Source: an uncultured Thermodesulfobacteriota bacterium (GTDB lineage: Bacteria; Desulfobacterota; Anaeroferrophillalia; Anaeroferrophillales; Anaeroferrophillaceae). From it: a stretch of 64,000 nt of DNA. The stretch covers positions 2,070 to 66,069 of the forward strand of contig CAYZIS010000009.1 of assembly GCA_964478545.1 (NCBI GenBank), read 5' to 3'. Positions 46,654 through 57,703 of the stretch are shown here, piece after piece. The notes below the pieces were generated by a model that was not told the DNA's origin, made no database searches, and saw only the letters and a program-made list of their open reading frames with translations. Both the position numbers and the translations under genes were made by a program. Position 1 is the stretch's first letter. Every line of letters begins with the position of its first letter.

Positions 46654-47850
46654 ATGACAACTGAGTCTCCAAAAAGTGAACAAACACTCACACTTCCCGA
46701 CCGGGTCCGGGTACTGACCGTAAACGATAAAACCGTTTATCTGCTGGGAACCGCCCACATTTCCAAGGAAAGTGTGCAGGATGTGGAAACAACCATCAGG
46801 ATGCTCAAGCCGGATGCGGTTTGCGTCGAATTATGTCCAGCCCGCTACCAGGCTCTCAACCGTCAGGATGCCTGGAAGCAAATGGATATTGTCAAGATAG
46901 TCAGGGAAAAGAAATCCCTGTTTCTCTTGGCCCAGCTGATTATGACCTCTTTTTACCGCAAGATTGGCGATCAACTGGGAGTACAGCCTGGTGCTGAAAT
47001 GATTACCGGCTACCAGCTGGCGGAAGAAATTGGCGCCGAGCTGGTGCTGGCTGATCGCAGCATTGAAATCACCCTGAAAAGGGTCTGGGGATACCTGAAT
47101 TACTGGAACAAGTTGAAGATGACCGGTCATCTCCTGCTCAGCCTCTTGAGTTCTGAAGAGATTGACGCGGAGCTTATTGAAGAAATGAAAGAACAAGATC
47201 AGCTGGAACACATCCTTGAATCTCTGGGTGAATCATTCCCCGAAGTCAAAAAACGATTGATAGACGAACGGGACATCTACCTGGCCCAGAAGATCAGGGA
47301 AGCACCCGGACAAACCGTGGTTGCCGTGGTGGGAGCCGGGCATGTTCCAGGAATCATAGAATATATCCAGGCAGATCATAATTTGGAAGCCATTACCAGC
47401 CTGCCGCCAAAATCCTGGGTTCCGAGAGTATTGAAATGGGCAATACCCGGATTGATTATCGCCATGCTGATCGGCGGTTTTTTTAAAGGCGGTAGCCAAT
47501 TTTCCTTGCATTCTATTTACATCTGGGTACTGGTCAACGGCCTGCTGGCCGGGCTGGGAACGGCCCTGGCCCTGGGCCACCCATTAACCATTCTGTCATC
47601 AATCATGGCTGCCCCGTTGACCAGCCTGAATCCGCTGGTCGCCGCCGGCTGGGTCTCCGGCATGGTCCAGGCCTATGTAAAAAAACCGACGGTAGCCGAT
47701 CTTGAAGATTTGCCCAATGCTATCTCCAGTGTCAAAGGATTCTGGACAAACCCGGCCTGCCGCATCTTGTTGGTGGTTGTCCTGGCCAACCTGGGGAGTT
47801 CCATCGGCACCTTTATCTCCGGCAGTTGGATTGCCGCCCGCATGTTTTAG
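46654..47850 (+). CDS. TraB/GumN family protein
   Basis: YLLGTAHISKESVQDV N-terminal motif and a C-terminal membrane region. Length 398 aa. Confidence 0.6.
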   Translation: MTTESPKSEQTLTLPDRVRVLTVNDKTVYLLGTAHISKESVQDVETTIRMLKPDAVCVELCPARYQALNRQDAWKQMDIVKIVREKKSLFLLAQLIMTSFYRKIGDQLGVQPGAEMITGYQLAEEIGAELVLADRSIEITLKRVWGYLNYWNKLKMTGHLLLSLLSSEEIDAELIEEMKEQDQLEHILESLGESFPEVKKRLIDERDIYLAQKIREAPGQTVVAVVGAGHVPGIIEYIQADHNLEAITSLPPKSWVPRVLKWAIPGLIIAMLIGGFFKGGSQFSLHSIYIWVLVNGLLAGLGTALALGHPLTILSSIMAAPLTSLNPLVAAGWVSGMVQAYVKKPTVADLEDLPNAISSVKGFWTNPACRILLVVVLANLGSSIGTFISGSWIAARMF

Positions 47851-47852
47851 CA

Positions 47853-48214
47853 GAAGTGAGCACTTAGCCGTTAGCTTTTAGCCTTTAACTTCGTAAAATA
47901 AGTCTCTTACGTTAATTTCAAAGTAAATATTCGGTATTGTTTTCAAACTACCGGGATTGAGGTCATTTCTTGACGAAGGCGTATCGTGATATTTTCTTTT
48001 ATTGGTGATTTTCAATAGCCTTTGTCAAGATGTGACCCCTCGCGAAGCGGGGCGAAGCGAACCAACTTAATTACCCGCTGTGAGATAGTGTTTTATTACG
48101 TAGCCGAATAGTTACATTTCAAACAACACCTGATGGCTGAAGATTTGTTATGACAAACTTCCTGTAATCATAAACTAATAGCTAACCGCTAATAGCCAAT
48201 CGCTTAAATTCAGG
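47853..48214. mobile_element. MITE-like element, family A copy 2 (about 360 bp, same TIRs)
   Basis: The right TIR 48164-48214 (GTAATCATAAACTAATAGCTAACCGCTAATAGCCAATCGCTTAAATTCAGG) pairs with an inverted left arm at 47853-47895. Confidence 0.45.
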
Positions 48215-48231
48215 GTAGAAGGAGAATAAAG

Positions 48232-49242
48232 ATGAACATACTGGTTACCGGGGGCTCCGGCTATATTGGCAGCCATACCTGTCTGGAACTGTTGAATGCC
48301 GGTCACCAGGTCATTGTCGTTGACAATCTTTCGAACAGTAAAAAAACATCGTTAATCCGGGTACAGGATCTGACCGGCAAGGAGCTTACATTTCACCAGG
48401 TAAACCTGTTGGACAAACTGGCCCTGGACAATGTTTTTGCCGCTCATCCCGTGGACGCGGTCATCCATTTTGCCGGTCTGAAAGCGGTGGGCGAGTCAGT
48501 TGAAATCCCCTTAAACTACTACCACAACAATATTACCGGCACCATCAACCTCTGTGAAGTGATGAAAAATCATCAAGTATCCACCCTGGTTTTCAGCTCT
48601 TCCGCCACCGTCTATGGTGATCCACAGACGGTTCCCATTAAAGAAGATTTTCCTCTCGGACCTACCAATCCTTATGGTCGATCAAAACTGATGATCGAAA
48701 AAATATTGAGGGATCTACAGCGGGCTGAACCGCAGTGGAGCATCGCCCTGCTGCGTTATTTCAACCCGGTGGGAGCTCATGAAAGTAGCCGTATCGGTGA
48801 AGACCCCAACGGCATCCCCAACAACCTGTTGCCCTACATTTCCCAAGTGGCGGTAGGCAAGCTTGAAAAACTGGCGGTTTTCGGCAATGATTATCCAACT
48901 CCAGACGGTACCGGCGTCCGTGACTACATCCATGTAGTGGACCTGGCCATCGGTCATTTGCAGGCTCTGAAAAAACTGTCAGCCGGACCGGGAATTTTCA
49001 CCTTCAACCTGGGCACCGGACAGGGGTACAGTGTCCTGGAAATGATTCACGCCTTTGAAAAATCCTCCGGCCGGAAAGTCCCCTATAAAATAGTCGGCCG
49101 CCGGGCCGGTGACATTGCCACTTGCTATGCCGACCCCAGCCTGGCCCGGGAAGAACTCGGCTGGACCGCCAGCCGGGGAATTGAAACCATGACTACCGAT
49201 GCCTGGCGCTGGCAGCAGAATAATCCGGACGGCTATGCCTGA
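48232..49242 (+). CDS. galE: UDP-glucose 4-epimerase
   Basis: GGSGYIGSH (Rossmann), YxxxK (YGRSK), and 336 aa. Confidence 0.9.
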   Translation: MNILVTGGSGYIGSHTCLELLNAGHQVIVVDNLSNSKKTSLIRVQDLTGKELTFHQVNLLDKLALDNVFAAHPVDAVIHFAGLKAVGESVEIPLNYYHNNITGTINLCEVMKNHQVSTLVFSSSATVYGDPQTVPIKEDFPLGPTNPYGRSKLMIEKILRDLQRAEPQWSIALLRYFNPVGAHESSRIGEDPNGIPNNLLPYISQVAVGKLEKLAVFGNDYPTPDGTGVRDYIHVVDLAIGHLQALKKLSAGPGIFTFNLGTGQGYSVLEMIHAFEKSSGRKVPYKIVGRRAGDIATCYADPSLAREELGWTASRGIETMTTDAWRWQQNNPDGYA

Positions 49243-49555
49243 AAACATCTTTTCCAGCCTATTTGAAGCAACTACTGATGAATGGATTGAAACTCTGCTG
49301 CAGGGCAAAAACTTTCGCCTTGAGCGCATCGTTTCCCATGGCCAGATATCTCCGGACAATTTCTGGTATGACCAAGATCATCCCGAATGGGTTATTCTTC
49401 TTGCTGGCGGTGCCCGGCTGCTGTTTGCCAATCAGAACAAAGAAATCGAACTTCATCCCGGAGATTATCTCAACATTCCCGCCCACCAGAAACACCGGGT
49501 AAGCTGGACCGACCCTGATCAGTCTTCAGTCTGGCTGGCTGTTCACTATGAATAA
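49241..49555 (+). CDS. Cupin-domain protein
   Basis: H-x-H...E...H-type cupin motifs (HPEWVILLAGGA, PAHQKHRV). The start overlaps the galE stop. Confidence 0.5.
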   Translation, partial: ENIFSSLFEATTDEWIETLLQGKNFRLERIVSHGQISPDNFWYDQDHPEWVILLAGGARLLFANQNKEIELHPGDYLNIPAHQKHRVSWTDPDQSSVWLAVHYE

Positions 49556-49557
49556 CG

Positions 49558-50049
49558 ATGAGCTCAACTACACCAGTTCCTCCAAAAAATTTACTGGCTG
49601 TTGATGTGGGGCTGCGCACCGGATTGGCTTTTTATGACCATGAAGGGTGCCTTTTATGGTATCGCTCCCGCCATTTCGGTTCCCCAACCCATCTACGCCG
49701 CGGCATCATCGCCATTTTAAACAACTTGCCAGAACTATCCTGGCTGATCCTGGAAGGTGGCGGCATTCTGGCTGACATCTGGAAGAGTGAAGCAAAACGG
49801 CGCAAACTGAATTTTCAAGGGATTAACGCTGAACAATGGCGTCAGCAATTACTCTACCCTAGGGAACAACGCCACGGTCCCGAAGCCAAAAAACATGCCG
49901 ACTACCTGGCCCGCCGGGTTATTGACTGGGCCGGGGCACCCCGACCCACTTCCCTGCGCCATGATGCCGCCGAAGCCATTCTTATCGGCCTCTGGGGTGC
50001 CGTCCATGTGGGACTGCTTCAGGAAATTCCCAAGAATATCAGGCACTGA
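49558..50049 (+). CDS. RNase H-like fold protein (RuvC/YqgF-like), function unknown
   Basis: The N-terminus LLAVDVGLRTGLAFYDHEG resembles the first beta-strand and Asp of RuvC/YqgF-type nucleases. Confidence 0.3.
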   Translation: MSSTTPVPPKNLLAVDVGLRTGLAFYDHEGCLLWYRSRHFGSPTHLRRGIIAILNNLPELSWLILEGGGILADIWKSEAKRRKLNFQGINAEQWRQQLLYPREQRHGPEAKKHADYLARRVIDWAGAPRPTSLRHDAAEAILIGLWGAVHVGLLQEIPKNIRH

Positions 50050-50114
50050 TTACCGGCAAACAACTACCAATTTTCCGGTCACTATGCTACATCTAACCAA
50101 AATGGGTCTATATC

Positions 50115-50169
50115 CGCAACCCAAAAAAAACTTTCCGGGATGTTCCGGCATGGCTCTCGCTCATTCTAA
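50115..50169. repeat. Family B repeat, partial copy 2 (left arm only)
   Basis: GCAACCCAAAAAAAACTTTCCGGGATGTTCCGGCATGGCTCTCGCTCATTCT. Confidence 0.5.
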
Positions 50170-50190
50170 AGTCATTCATTTACAACCACC

Positions 50191-50601
50191 TTGATGTACG
50201 AAATATACCCAATGAAAAACAGCAGACAAACCGTCGATTATGTCCTCCTGAATGCCTTTATGGACAGCCTGAAGGATCCCTTTTTATTTGTTGATACGAA
50301 TCATATCATCCGCTACATGAACAAAACCGCCCGCAGCCATTTCAAGGACGGAGTTGATCTTTTGAACCGCTCGCTGTTGGATTGCCATAATGAACATTCC
50401 TGCCGGATTATCAGGAAAAATCTGGAAGCATTTAAAAATGGTGAGGATGAACGGCTGATTCACAACAGCGAAAAAAAGAGACTTTTCATGCGGGCAGTAC
50501 GCGATGAAGAAGGTCAACTGATAGGCTACTATGAGCGCTATGAGCCACCCCGACCAGGCATAAGGTTGGGGCCGCTTTCGGCAGCAAAAACCGAAGATTA
50601 A
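50191..50601 (+). CDS. PAS-domain protein (stand-alone sensor)
   Basis: PAS core (FLFVDTNHIIRYMNKTA...), 136 aa, and no output domain. Confidence 0.5.
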   Translation: MMYEIYPMKNSRQTVDYVLLNAFMDSLKDPFLFVDTNHIIRYMNKTARSHFKDGVDLLNRSLLDCHNEHSCRIIRKNLEAFKNGEDERLIHNSEKKRLFMRAVRDEEGQLIGYYERYEPPRPGIRLGPLSAAKTED

Positions 50602-50673
50602 AATACAGATATATGTTATTAATAAAGGTAAATAGTCCTTGATATTTTCCTTAAAATAAGACATATTGTAAAC

Positions 50674-51951
50674 ATGAAACAGATCCTAAAAACAATTATC
50701 AAAGATTTCCATTCAAGGCCGCTACCCGCATTCAAGCTTCGGCAATTGGAGGTACCTCTTGATCTGAACAAGATTATCACAATCATTGGTCCCCGCAGGG
50801 CTGGGAAAACGTGGTATTTTTTTCAACTAATGGCAAGATTGGAAAAACTTGGTATAAAAAGGGAGCAATTCCTGTATCTCAATTTTGAGGATGAACGCAT
50901 TGAGTTGGAAGCTAATTATGACCAAATTCTCGACGCATATCTTGAGCTATACCCAGATCAGGAGCTGAGTGAACTTTACATTTTTTTTGATGAAATACAG
51001 GAGCTGCCAGCTTGGGAAAAATATGTCCGCCGCCTGTATGACACCGTAAGCAGAAAAATCTTTCTCACTGGCTCAAATGCGAAGATGCTCTCAAAAGAAA
51101 TTGCGACCTCATTACGAGGCCGCAGTCTCTCATTTGAAATAATGCCACTATCGTTTACTGAATTTCTCTTCTTCCAAAATATTGATCCGGAAGACCATTT
51201 TTCCAGCAGAAATAGGGCGAAAATTCAACGTAGTTTTGATGAATATCTGCTCTGGGGAGGGTATCCAGAGCTGGTTGATATTGAAACTCGTTTTAAGGCG
51301 GATATTCTACAAGAATATTTTAATGTAATGCTCTACCGGGACTTAATAGACCGATATGATATCCGTGATGCTTCACTGCTGAAATATTTGATTAAACGCC
51401 TGATTGCATCATTTACTAAGGAGTTTTCAGTCAATAAGTTGTATAATGATTTGAAGTCCAGAGGAATCAGAATTGGTAAGGACACCATTTATCGACTGAT
51501 TGACCAGATATTCTCTATCTACATGGTAACGTGTGTGGAAAAATATGACCCGGAAGTGGTAAAAAGGGAGATGAGCAATCGGAAAATTTATCTCTACGAC
51601 AATGGTCTTGCCTCAGCTACCCATTATTCTTTTTTTGAAGACCGAGGCAAACTACTTGAAAACCTGATTTTTACTAAATTACGTGCAACATCCGAAGATA
51701 TTTATTTCTTAAAAAATGGTTATGAGTGTGATTTTGTAGCTTTTCCACGGGTTGAAGAACCTATTCTTATCCAAGCTACGGGAATATTGCATCAGGATAA
51801 TGTAGATCGGGAGATAAAGGGTCTGGAAAAGGCACGCAAAAGGATTGAAAATGCACGGGGATTGCTCATAGCCGGCAATATAACCGCTCCCTTTGATATA
51901 CTACCAAAATGGATTGAGCTTAAAACGGCCATCGATTGGTTACTGGAATAA
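50674..51951 (+). CDS. AAA-family ATPase with DUF4143 C-terminal domain
   Basis: GPRRAGKT (Walker A) and FFDEIQ (Walker B). Length 425 aa. Confidence 0.65.
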   Translation: MKQILKTIIKDFHSRPLPAFKLRQLEVPLDLNKIITIIGPRRAGKTWYFFQLMARLEKLGIKREQFLYLNFEDERIELEANYDQILDAYLELYPDQELSELYIFFDEIQELPAWEKYVRRLYDTVSRKIFLTGSNAKMLSKEIATSLRGRSLSFEIMPLSFTEFLFFQNIDPEDHFSSRNRAKIQRSFDEYLLWGGYPELVDIETRFKADILQEYFNVMLYRDLIDRYDIRDASLLKYLIKRLIASFTKEFSVNKLYNDLKSRGIRIGKDTIYRLIDQIFSIYMVTCVEKYDPEVVKREMSNRKIYLYDNGLASATHYSFFEDRGKLLENLIFTKLRATSEDIYFLKNGYECDFVAFPRVEEPILIQATGILHQDNVDREIKGLEKARKRIENARGLLIAGNITAPFDILPKWIELKTAIDWLLE

Positions 51952-51967
51952 CTGACGCGGACTGAAT

Positions 51968-52133
51968 GCCCGCAACCCAAAAGAAATTTACCAGGATGTT
52001 CCGGCATGGCTCTCGCTCATTCTCGCCGGCCGTTCGCCGCTAATCACCATCTTGATGATTAGTTCGGCGGCCAAACCCACTGAGAGCCAAGCCCGAACAT
52101 CCTGAAATGCATTTCCGGCAATGCTGGGTAAAA
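51968..52133. repeat. Palindromic repeat element, family B copy 3 (about 165 nt)
   Basis: The conserved arms are as in copy 1. The central variable segment is itself self-complementary (CCGCCGCTAATCA...TGATTAGTTCGGCGG). Confidence 0.6.
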
Positions 52134-52181
52134 ATCAGCAGCAAAAACTGAAGACAGCCTGAAGATTAACCGGAGGTTGGA

Positions 52182-52472
52182 ATGTTAAGGCATCTTATTT
52201 TTCTCAAATTCAGGCCAGAAGTGACGGATGCAGAAATTAATGCCATCGAGAAGGGCCTGGCAGTTTTACCGGCGGCAATTCCTGAGATTGAAAGTTTTGA
52301 ATTCGGCCGGGATATCTTCCACTCCGATCGCTCCTTTGATTTCGCCCTGGTTTCCTCTTTCGCCGATCAAGAAGCTTTAAAACACTACCAAGTCCATCCG
52401 ACCCACCGGGAAGTCCTGGTGTTGGTTAAGGCCGCCTGTGATCAGATTTTGGCCGTAGACTACCAGATATGA
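52182..52472 (+). CDS. Dabb (stress-responsive A/B-barrel) protein
   Basis: MLRHLIFLKFRPE...H-containing A/B-barrel pattern. Length 96 aa. Confidence 0.6.
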   Translation: MLRHLIFLKFRPEVTDAEINAIEKGLAVLPAAIPEIESFEFGRDIFHSDRSFDFALVSSFADQEALKHYQVHPTHREVLVLVKAACDQILAVDYQI

Positions 52473-52506
52473 ATTGACAATCAATACGCTTATGAGCGCC
52501 TGAGCC

Positions 52507-54210
52507 ATGTTTCTTCCCACCACTATTGCTGAGCTTCATGCTCTCGGCTGGTCTGGCCTGGATATCATCCTGATAACCGGCGACACCTATATTGACAGTC
52601 CGTTTATCGGCACCGCCCTGATCGGCAAAGTCTTGGCCTCAGCTGGTTTTCGGGTCGGAATTATTGCCCAGCCGGCCACTGATTCCGACCGTGACATCAC
52701 CAGGCTGGGAGAACCTGAACTTTTCTGGGGTGTCTCCGGTGGCAGTTTCGATTCCATGGTCGCCAACTATACCGCCAGCGGCAAATACCGGCACCAGGAT
52801 GACCTGACCCCGGGAGGCCGCAACAATCGCCGCCCGGACCGGGCGGTCCTCGTCTATACCAATCTCATCCGCCGCTATTTCAAGCAAACCCGACCCATCG
52901 TCCTCGGTGGCATTGAGGCTAGCCTCCGCCGCATTGCCCATTACGATTTCTGGTCCAACAGCATCCGCCGCTCGGTGTTATTTGATGCCAAGGGCGATTA
53001 TCTCATGTATGGCATGGGCGAAAATTCCATGGTGGAACTGGCCAGCCACCTGAAGGAACAAAAACCGGTAGAAGATATCCGTGGCCTCTGCTATCGCGGC
53101 AAAACGCCGCCAGCTGACTATCTCGAACTACCCGACTATGATGAAGTCAAAGAAAATCGGCAGAAATTCAGCGAGATGTTCCAGCAATTTTACCGCAACC
53201 AGGACCCGATCTCAGGCCATGGTCTTTACCAACGTCATGGTGATCGCTACCTGGTTCACAACCCGCCAGCATTGTATCTTACCCAAGCCGAGCTTGACCG
53301 GGTGTATGCCCTTGATTTTGAACGCCTCGTTCACCCTTATTACCGGGAACTGGGCCGGGTTCGGGCCATGGATACCATCCAGTTTTCCCTGGCCAGCCAC
53401 CGGGGCTGCTACGGGGCCTGTAATTTCTGCGCCATCGCCGTCCACCAGGGACAGACAGTCCGTTGGCGCAGCCAAAATTCCATCATCTCCGAAGCCAGGA
53501 TTTTGAGCAAACACCCTGATTTCAAAGGTATTATTTCAGATGTCGGTGGCCCAACGGCCAACATGTATGGTTTTGAGTGCGAGAAAAAAATCAGCAGGGG
53601 CATCTGCGCTGACAAGCACTGCCTCTATCCCAAAGTCTGCAGCCAGCTGCCGGTCCAACATCAAAGTCAGGCCAGAATGCTGAAAAAACTGCGACAACTG
53701 CCAGGCATCAGAAAAGTCTTCGTAGCTTCGGGAATCCGCTACGACCTGGTGCTTGCTGATCAGAAATATGGCGACCGCTACTTGAAGGAAGTTGTTTTCC
53801 ATCATGTCTCAGGGCAGTTGAAAGTTGCCCCGGAGCATAGTGAACCGGAAGTTTTGGCGGCGATGGGCAAGCCGCCCATTGACCTGCTGCTGGAATTTAA
53901 AAATCGATTTGAGCGTTTCACCCGGGAAGCCGGCAAAAAACAATTCCTCACCTATTACCTGATCGCCGCCCACCCGGGCTGTACGGAAAGCCACATGCAT
54001 AAGCTCCAGCATTTTATCAGCCGACAGCTGAAAACACGGCCAGAGCAGGTGCAGATTTTCACTCCGACGCCCTCCACCTATGCCAGTCTCATGTACTGGA
54101 CCGGCATCGATCCCTTTACCAACGAGACCATTTTTGTTGAGAAAAATATCCGGGCAAAGGTAAAACAGAAAATGGTACTATTGCCAAAACTCCAGAAAAA
54201 AACTCATTGA
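52507..54210 (+). CDS. ygiQ: YgiQ/UPF0313 family radical SAM protein
   Basis: SHRGCYGACNFCAI radical-SAM Cys triad and YgiQ-type N/C domains. Length 567 aa. Confidence 0.8.
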   Translation: MFLPTTIAELHALGWSGLDIILITGDTYIDSPFIGTALIGKVLASAGFRVGIIAQPATDSDRDITRLGEPELFWGVSGGSFDSMVANYTASGKYRHQDDLTPGGRNNRRPDRAVLVYTNLIRRYFKQTRPIVLGGIEASLRRIAHYDFWSNSIRRSVLFDAKGDYLMYGMGENSMVELASHLKEQKPVEDIRGLCYRGKTPPADYLELPDYDEVKENRQKFSEMFQQFYRNQDPISGHGLYQRHGDRYLVHNPPALYLTQAELDRVYALDFERLVHPYYRELGRVRAMDTIQFSLASHRGCYGACNFCAIAVHQGQTVRWRSQNSIISEARILSKHPDFKGIISDVGGPTANMYGFECEKKISRGICADKHCLYPKVCSQLPVQHQSQARMLKKLRQLPGIRKVFVASGIRYDLVLADQKYGDRYLKEVVFHHVSGQLKVAPEHSEPEVLAAMGKPPIDLLLEFKNRFERFTREAGKKQFLTYYLIAAHPGCTESHMHKLQHFISRQLKTRPEQVQIFTPTPSTYASLMYWTGIDPFTNETIFVEKNIRAKVKQKMVLLPKLQKKTH

Positions 54211-54520
54211 TTGTTTCGCTCATTATCTGTAGAATTATTGCTTATCCATCTTTCAGATCAATATTCGACTAGTTGCCAAAAGCGCTGAAATCAGCTCCGG
54301 TTGACAGTATGCAACTTTCTAACCGGACAGTACTGAAGTACTATTCGAAAAAACAAACGTTTATTTGTATTCTGGTTTACCCAATTGTTTTTTCTCACGG
54401 AGGTACAGAGACACAGAGCTGCGGAAAGGAAGTTTGCATTTCTCTGTGTCTTAGTGTCTCTGTGAGCGTTATTTTATTTTCATTGTTAACCAAATAGTTA
54501 CTATTTCAGAAAGGAATGCC

Positions 54521-55114
54521 ATGAGAAAAATAGGTCTTTTGATTATATCCATCCTTTTAGTAACCTTGATTCAGTGGACATCATTGCCAACTGGCTGCCT
54601 TATAGCAACAGCAGGAGAAAACTCCCAGGTGGTTTTTTCTACTACCAAGGGAGATATGACCATTGAACTCTATGCCGATAAGGCACCCATCTCCGCTAAA
54701 AATTTTCTTGCTTATGTGGACAGCGGATTTTACGACGGGGTCATCTTTCATCGGGTTATTCCCGGATTTGTTATCCAGGGCGGTGGTTTTAGCGCCGAGA
54801 TGGTTAAAAAGACTACCAAAGATCCGATTAAAAACGAAGCTGATAATGGCTTGAAGAATCTTCGCGGAACCCTGTCTTTAGCCCGCACCCAGGTGGTAGA
54901 CAGCGCCACCACCCAGTTTTTTATCAATTTAAGCGACAATACCGCCCTTGATCATCGTTCTGGAAACTTCGGCTATGCAGTCTTTGGCAAGGTAGTAAAG
55001 GGAATGGACGTGGTCGATACCATCGCCGGGGTTCCTACCGGCAATCATGGTCATTATCAAGACGTTCCCACAATACCGGTCATCATCAAAAAAGCAACCC
55101 GAAAAAAGCCATAA
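54521..55114 (+). CDS. ppiB: Cyclophilin-type peptidyl-prolyl cis-trans isomerase with a signal peptide
   Basis: [40 protein letters not shown]. Confidence 0.85.
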   Translation: MRKIGLLIISILLVTLIQWTSLPTGCLIATAGENSQVVFSTTKGDMTIELYADKAPISAKNFLAYVDSGFYDGVIFHRVIPGFVIQGGGFSAEMVKKTTKDPIKNEADNGLKNLRGTLSLARTQVVDSATTQFFINLSDNTALDHRSGNFGYAVFGKVVKGMDVVDTIAGVPTGNHGHYQDVPTIPVIIKKATRKKP

Positions 55115-55126
55115 AGGAACGGGAAA

Positions 55127-55864
55127 ATGACTGAAACAAGCTTACCACCTGCAATTGCCAGCCGTTATCTGCCATTCATCCACGAAGTCATGGCTTCCGA
55201 TGGCAAACATATCCATTCGGTTCATGTTTCCGGCAGCGCCCTGACTGAAGATTTTGATCCGAAATTGGCTGATATCGATTCGGTGATCGTCCTCCACCAA
55301 ATGGACCTTGATTTTCTGAAGCTGCTGGCGCCGCTGGGGAAAAAATACGGAAAAAAGGGTATTGCCGCTCCGCTGATCATGACTCCCGACTACATTAGCA
55401 GTTCCCTTGATGTTTTCCCGATTGAATTTCTGGATCTCAAGCTTTTACATCAGACCATTCACGGGGAAGACCTGTTTGCCGACCTGGAAATTAGGATGGA
55501 TGACCTGCGTCATCAGTGTGAACGGGAGTTGAAAAGCCGCTTAATCGGCCTGCGCCAGGATTACCTTTCAGCCGCCGGTGACCGGAAAATTCTGGCTGCT
55601 GGGTTCAACCACGCGTTCTCCCACTACTTGCCTCTCTTTCGCGGCGTCATCCAACTATTTGGCAGCCAGCCGACCATTAATTCGACGGCAGTCCTTGATC
55701 AACTTCATGAAGCAACCGGGGTTGATCTTTCCGCCTTCCAGACCATTTTTTGGGCGCGCAGGAAACGACAGAACCTGTCTATGGCCCAACTGAACACGGT
55801 ATTTGCAAACTGTTACCAGGCCCTGGAACAGTTGGGGAAATTGGTTGATGAACACCAGAACTAG
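55127..55864 (+). CDS. Nucleotidyltransferase-fold (pol-beta-like) domain protein, function unknown
   Basis: VHVSGSALTEDFDPKLADIDSVIV fits the GS-x(n)-DxD NTase signature. Confidence 0.4.
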   Translation: MTETSLPPAIASRYLPFIHEVMASDGKHIHSVHVSGSALTEDFDPKLADIDSVIVLHQMDLDFLKLLAPLGKKYGKKGIAAPLIMTPDYISSSLDVFPIEFLDLKLLHQTIHGEDLFADLEIRMDDLRHQCERELKSRLIGLRQDYLSAAGDRKILAAGFNHAFSHYLPLFRGVIQLFGSQPTINSTAVLDQLHEATGVDLSAFQTIFWARRKRQNLSMAQLNTVFANCYQALEQLGKLVDEHQN

Positions 55865-56630
55865 GATTCTTTTCTGGCTTGTCCTGCTGTTATGCTGTTG
55901 TTTGCCGGTCGCTTATGCGTCCGCCATCCAGCTTCCGGCACAACCAAGCTACTATGTGGTTGACCAGGCCGGCCTCGTTGACCCGGCCACCGAGCAGAAA
56001 ATCAATGGCTACCTGCAGGAGCTGGAACAAAAGACCACCGCCCAGATGGTGGTTCTTACCATTCCCAGCCTGGAGGGAGAATCCCTGGAGGACTTTTCAC
56101 TGCACGTTGCCCACGATCTCTGGAAACTGGGGCAGAAAGGGAAAGACAACGGTGTCCTGCTATTGATTTCAAGCGGAGATCAAAAGTACCGCTTTGAAAT
56201 CGGCTATGGCCTCGAAGGGGTCCTGCCGGACAGTTTTGTCGGCAGCCTCGGGCGCATCTATCTGGTGCCGTTTTTCCGCCGGGGGGAATATAATAAAGGG
56301 ATTTATGCCGCCGTACTGGCCGTTGCCCGCGAGATTGCCGCCGATGCCGGCGTGACCATAACCGGGATGCCACAGCTTAAGAATCATCCCGGTAGCCGTT
56401 CAGTAAACCGCAAAAAACCAAGCCTGTTCAGTAAAATTATTTCACTGCTGTTCCTAGTAATTATGGTTATAATATTCATCCGCAATCCCCGACTTTTCCT
56501 GATGCTCCTCCTTTTTTCAGCCATGGGCGGCAGGCGCGGTTCCTGGGGTGGATCGGGTGGCGGCGGTGGAGGATTCGGCGGTGGCGGTGGAGGAGGATTC
56601 GGCGGTGGCGGGGCTTCCGGCGGCTGGTAA
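55848..56630 (+). CDS. TPM-domain (YgcG-like) protein with a C-terminal TM and Gly-rich tail
   Basis: Signal peptide, TPM core (VVDQAGLV...QMVVLTI...GVLLLIS), TM, and a GGGGGFGGGGGG tail. Confidence 0.7.
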   Translation: MNTRTRILFWLVLLLCCCLPVAYASAIQLPAQPSYYVVDQAGLVDPATEQKINGYLQELEQKTTAQMVVLTIPSLEGESLEDFSLHVAHDLWKLGQKGKDNGVLLLISSGDQKYRFEIGYGLEGVLPDSFVGSLGRIYLVPFFRRGEYNKGIYAAVLAVAREIAADAGVTITGMPQLKNHPGSRSVNRKKPSLFSKIISLLFLVIMVIIFIRNPRLFLMLLLFSAMGGRRGSWGGSGGGGGGFGGGGGGGFGGGGASGGW

Positions 56631-56635
56631 TCAAA

Positions 56636-56792
56636 ACCCAAGTTGAGCGGTTAGCTATTAGCAGTTAGCTTTGAGAAAATAAAGCATTAGATTCGTGAGA
56701 AATAACATCCAATGGGTAACAGTTTGTCTTGGTAAACACCCTGTCATCATTAAACTAAGAGCTAATGGCTAAAAGCTCATCGCTTCATTTAG
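56636..56792. mobile_element. MITE-like element, family A copy 3 (about 157 bp)
   Basis: Left arm 56636-56675 is the inverse of the right arm 56745-56792. Confidence 0.5.
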
Positions 56793-56845
56793 GTACAAGA
56801 AAGCCTATCAATAAAAATCCTCACATCATTTTCAAGGAGAGTAAC

Positions 56846-57421
56846 ATGTCAAAAAAAGTAAAAACTATTCTCACCATCGTGATTATTCTGTTGCTCATTG
56901 GTTTCATGGCTTTTGGCTGGGTGATCAAAGGCTACAACCGGGCCGTGGCCATGGACGAAAACATCAAGGGCCGTTGGGCCCAGGTTGAAAACCAACTGAA
57001 ACGGCGCTATGATCTGATTCCCAACTTGGTGCAAACCGTCAAAGGCTACGCGACCCACGAAAAAGAACTGTTTGAAAACATTGCCGAAGCCCGGACCAAA
57101 TATTTTCAGGCTGGAAATATTAAAAATAAAGTAGCAGCATCCAACCAGCTGGAAGGGGTTCTTTCCCGCCTGCTGATGCTCCAGGAACGCTACCCGGATC
57201 TAAAAGCTAACCAGTCTTTTCTCAAACTGCAGGACAGTCTTGAAGGAACGGAAAACCGGATTGCCGTGGAGAGAAAACGCTACAACGATGCAGTTCAGGG
57301 CCTGAATACCTATGCCCGGACTTTCTTCGGCCGTTTTTTCACCAGCATTGCCGGGGTCAGCAGTGCCACCTACTATGAGATACCAAAGGGAGAAAAGGCC
57401 GTCCCCAAAGTTAAATTTTAG
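56846..57421 (+). CDS. lemA: LemA family protein (start at MSKKVKT)
   Basis: N-terminal TM then GYNRAVAMDENIKGRWAQVENQLKRRYDLIPNLV, the LemA signature. Confidence 0.75.
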   Translation: MSKKVKTILTIVIILLLIGFMAFGWVIKGYNRAVAMDENIKGRWAQVENQLKRRYDLIPNLVQTVKGYATHEKELFENIAEARTKYFQAGNIKNKVAASNQLEGVLSRLLMLQERYPDLKANQSFLKLQDSLEGTENRIAVERKRYNDAVQGLNTYARTFFGRFFTSIAGVSSATYYEIPKGEKAVPKVKF

Positions 57422-57703
57422 GGAGGTAAAGCATCGCCTCATCAACAGGAAGATAACAACCAGAAAGAATAATTTTTTTGTTGCAGCCGTGGCTAGCATG
57501 AGCATTCTCCAGACAGGGTAAATGGCAGAAAAACTCTGGCGGAACGGGGAAAGAATAGTGCTATTATGTTTGTCCGGCCGGAAATAATTGCAGCACTCCT
57601 GCCACGCTATTCTCAGCTAAAGGGACACAAGCAATAGCTATAGTTTCTTATTAACGGGTGAGGAAACCTTTGTCAAGCCGGGGATTATCAGAATTCGAAC
57701 TTC

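Noticed and set aside
55127-57421. NTase-fold protein + TPM + LemA considered as a possible defence module
   Set aside because: TPM-LemA is a widespread housekeeping pair. The NTase-fold gene shows no partner HEPN/antitoxin or tight coupling. The neighbourhood is otherwise housekeeping.
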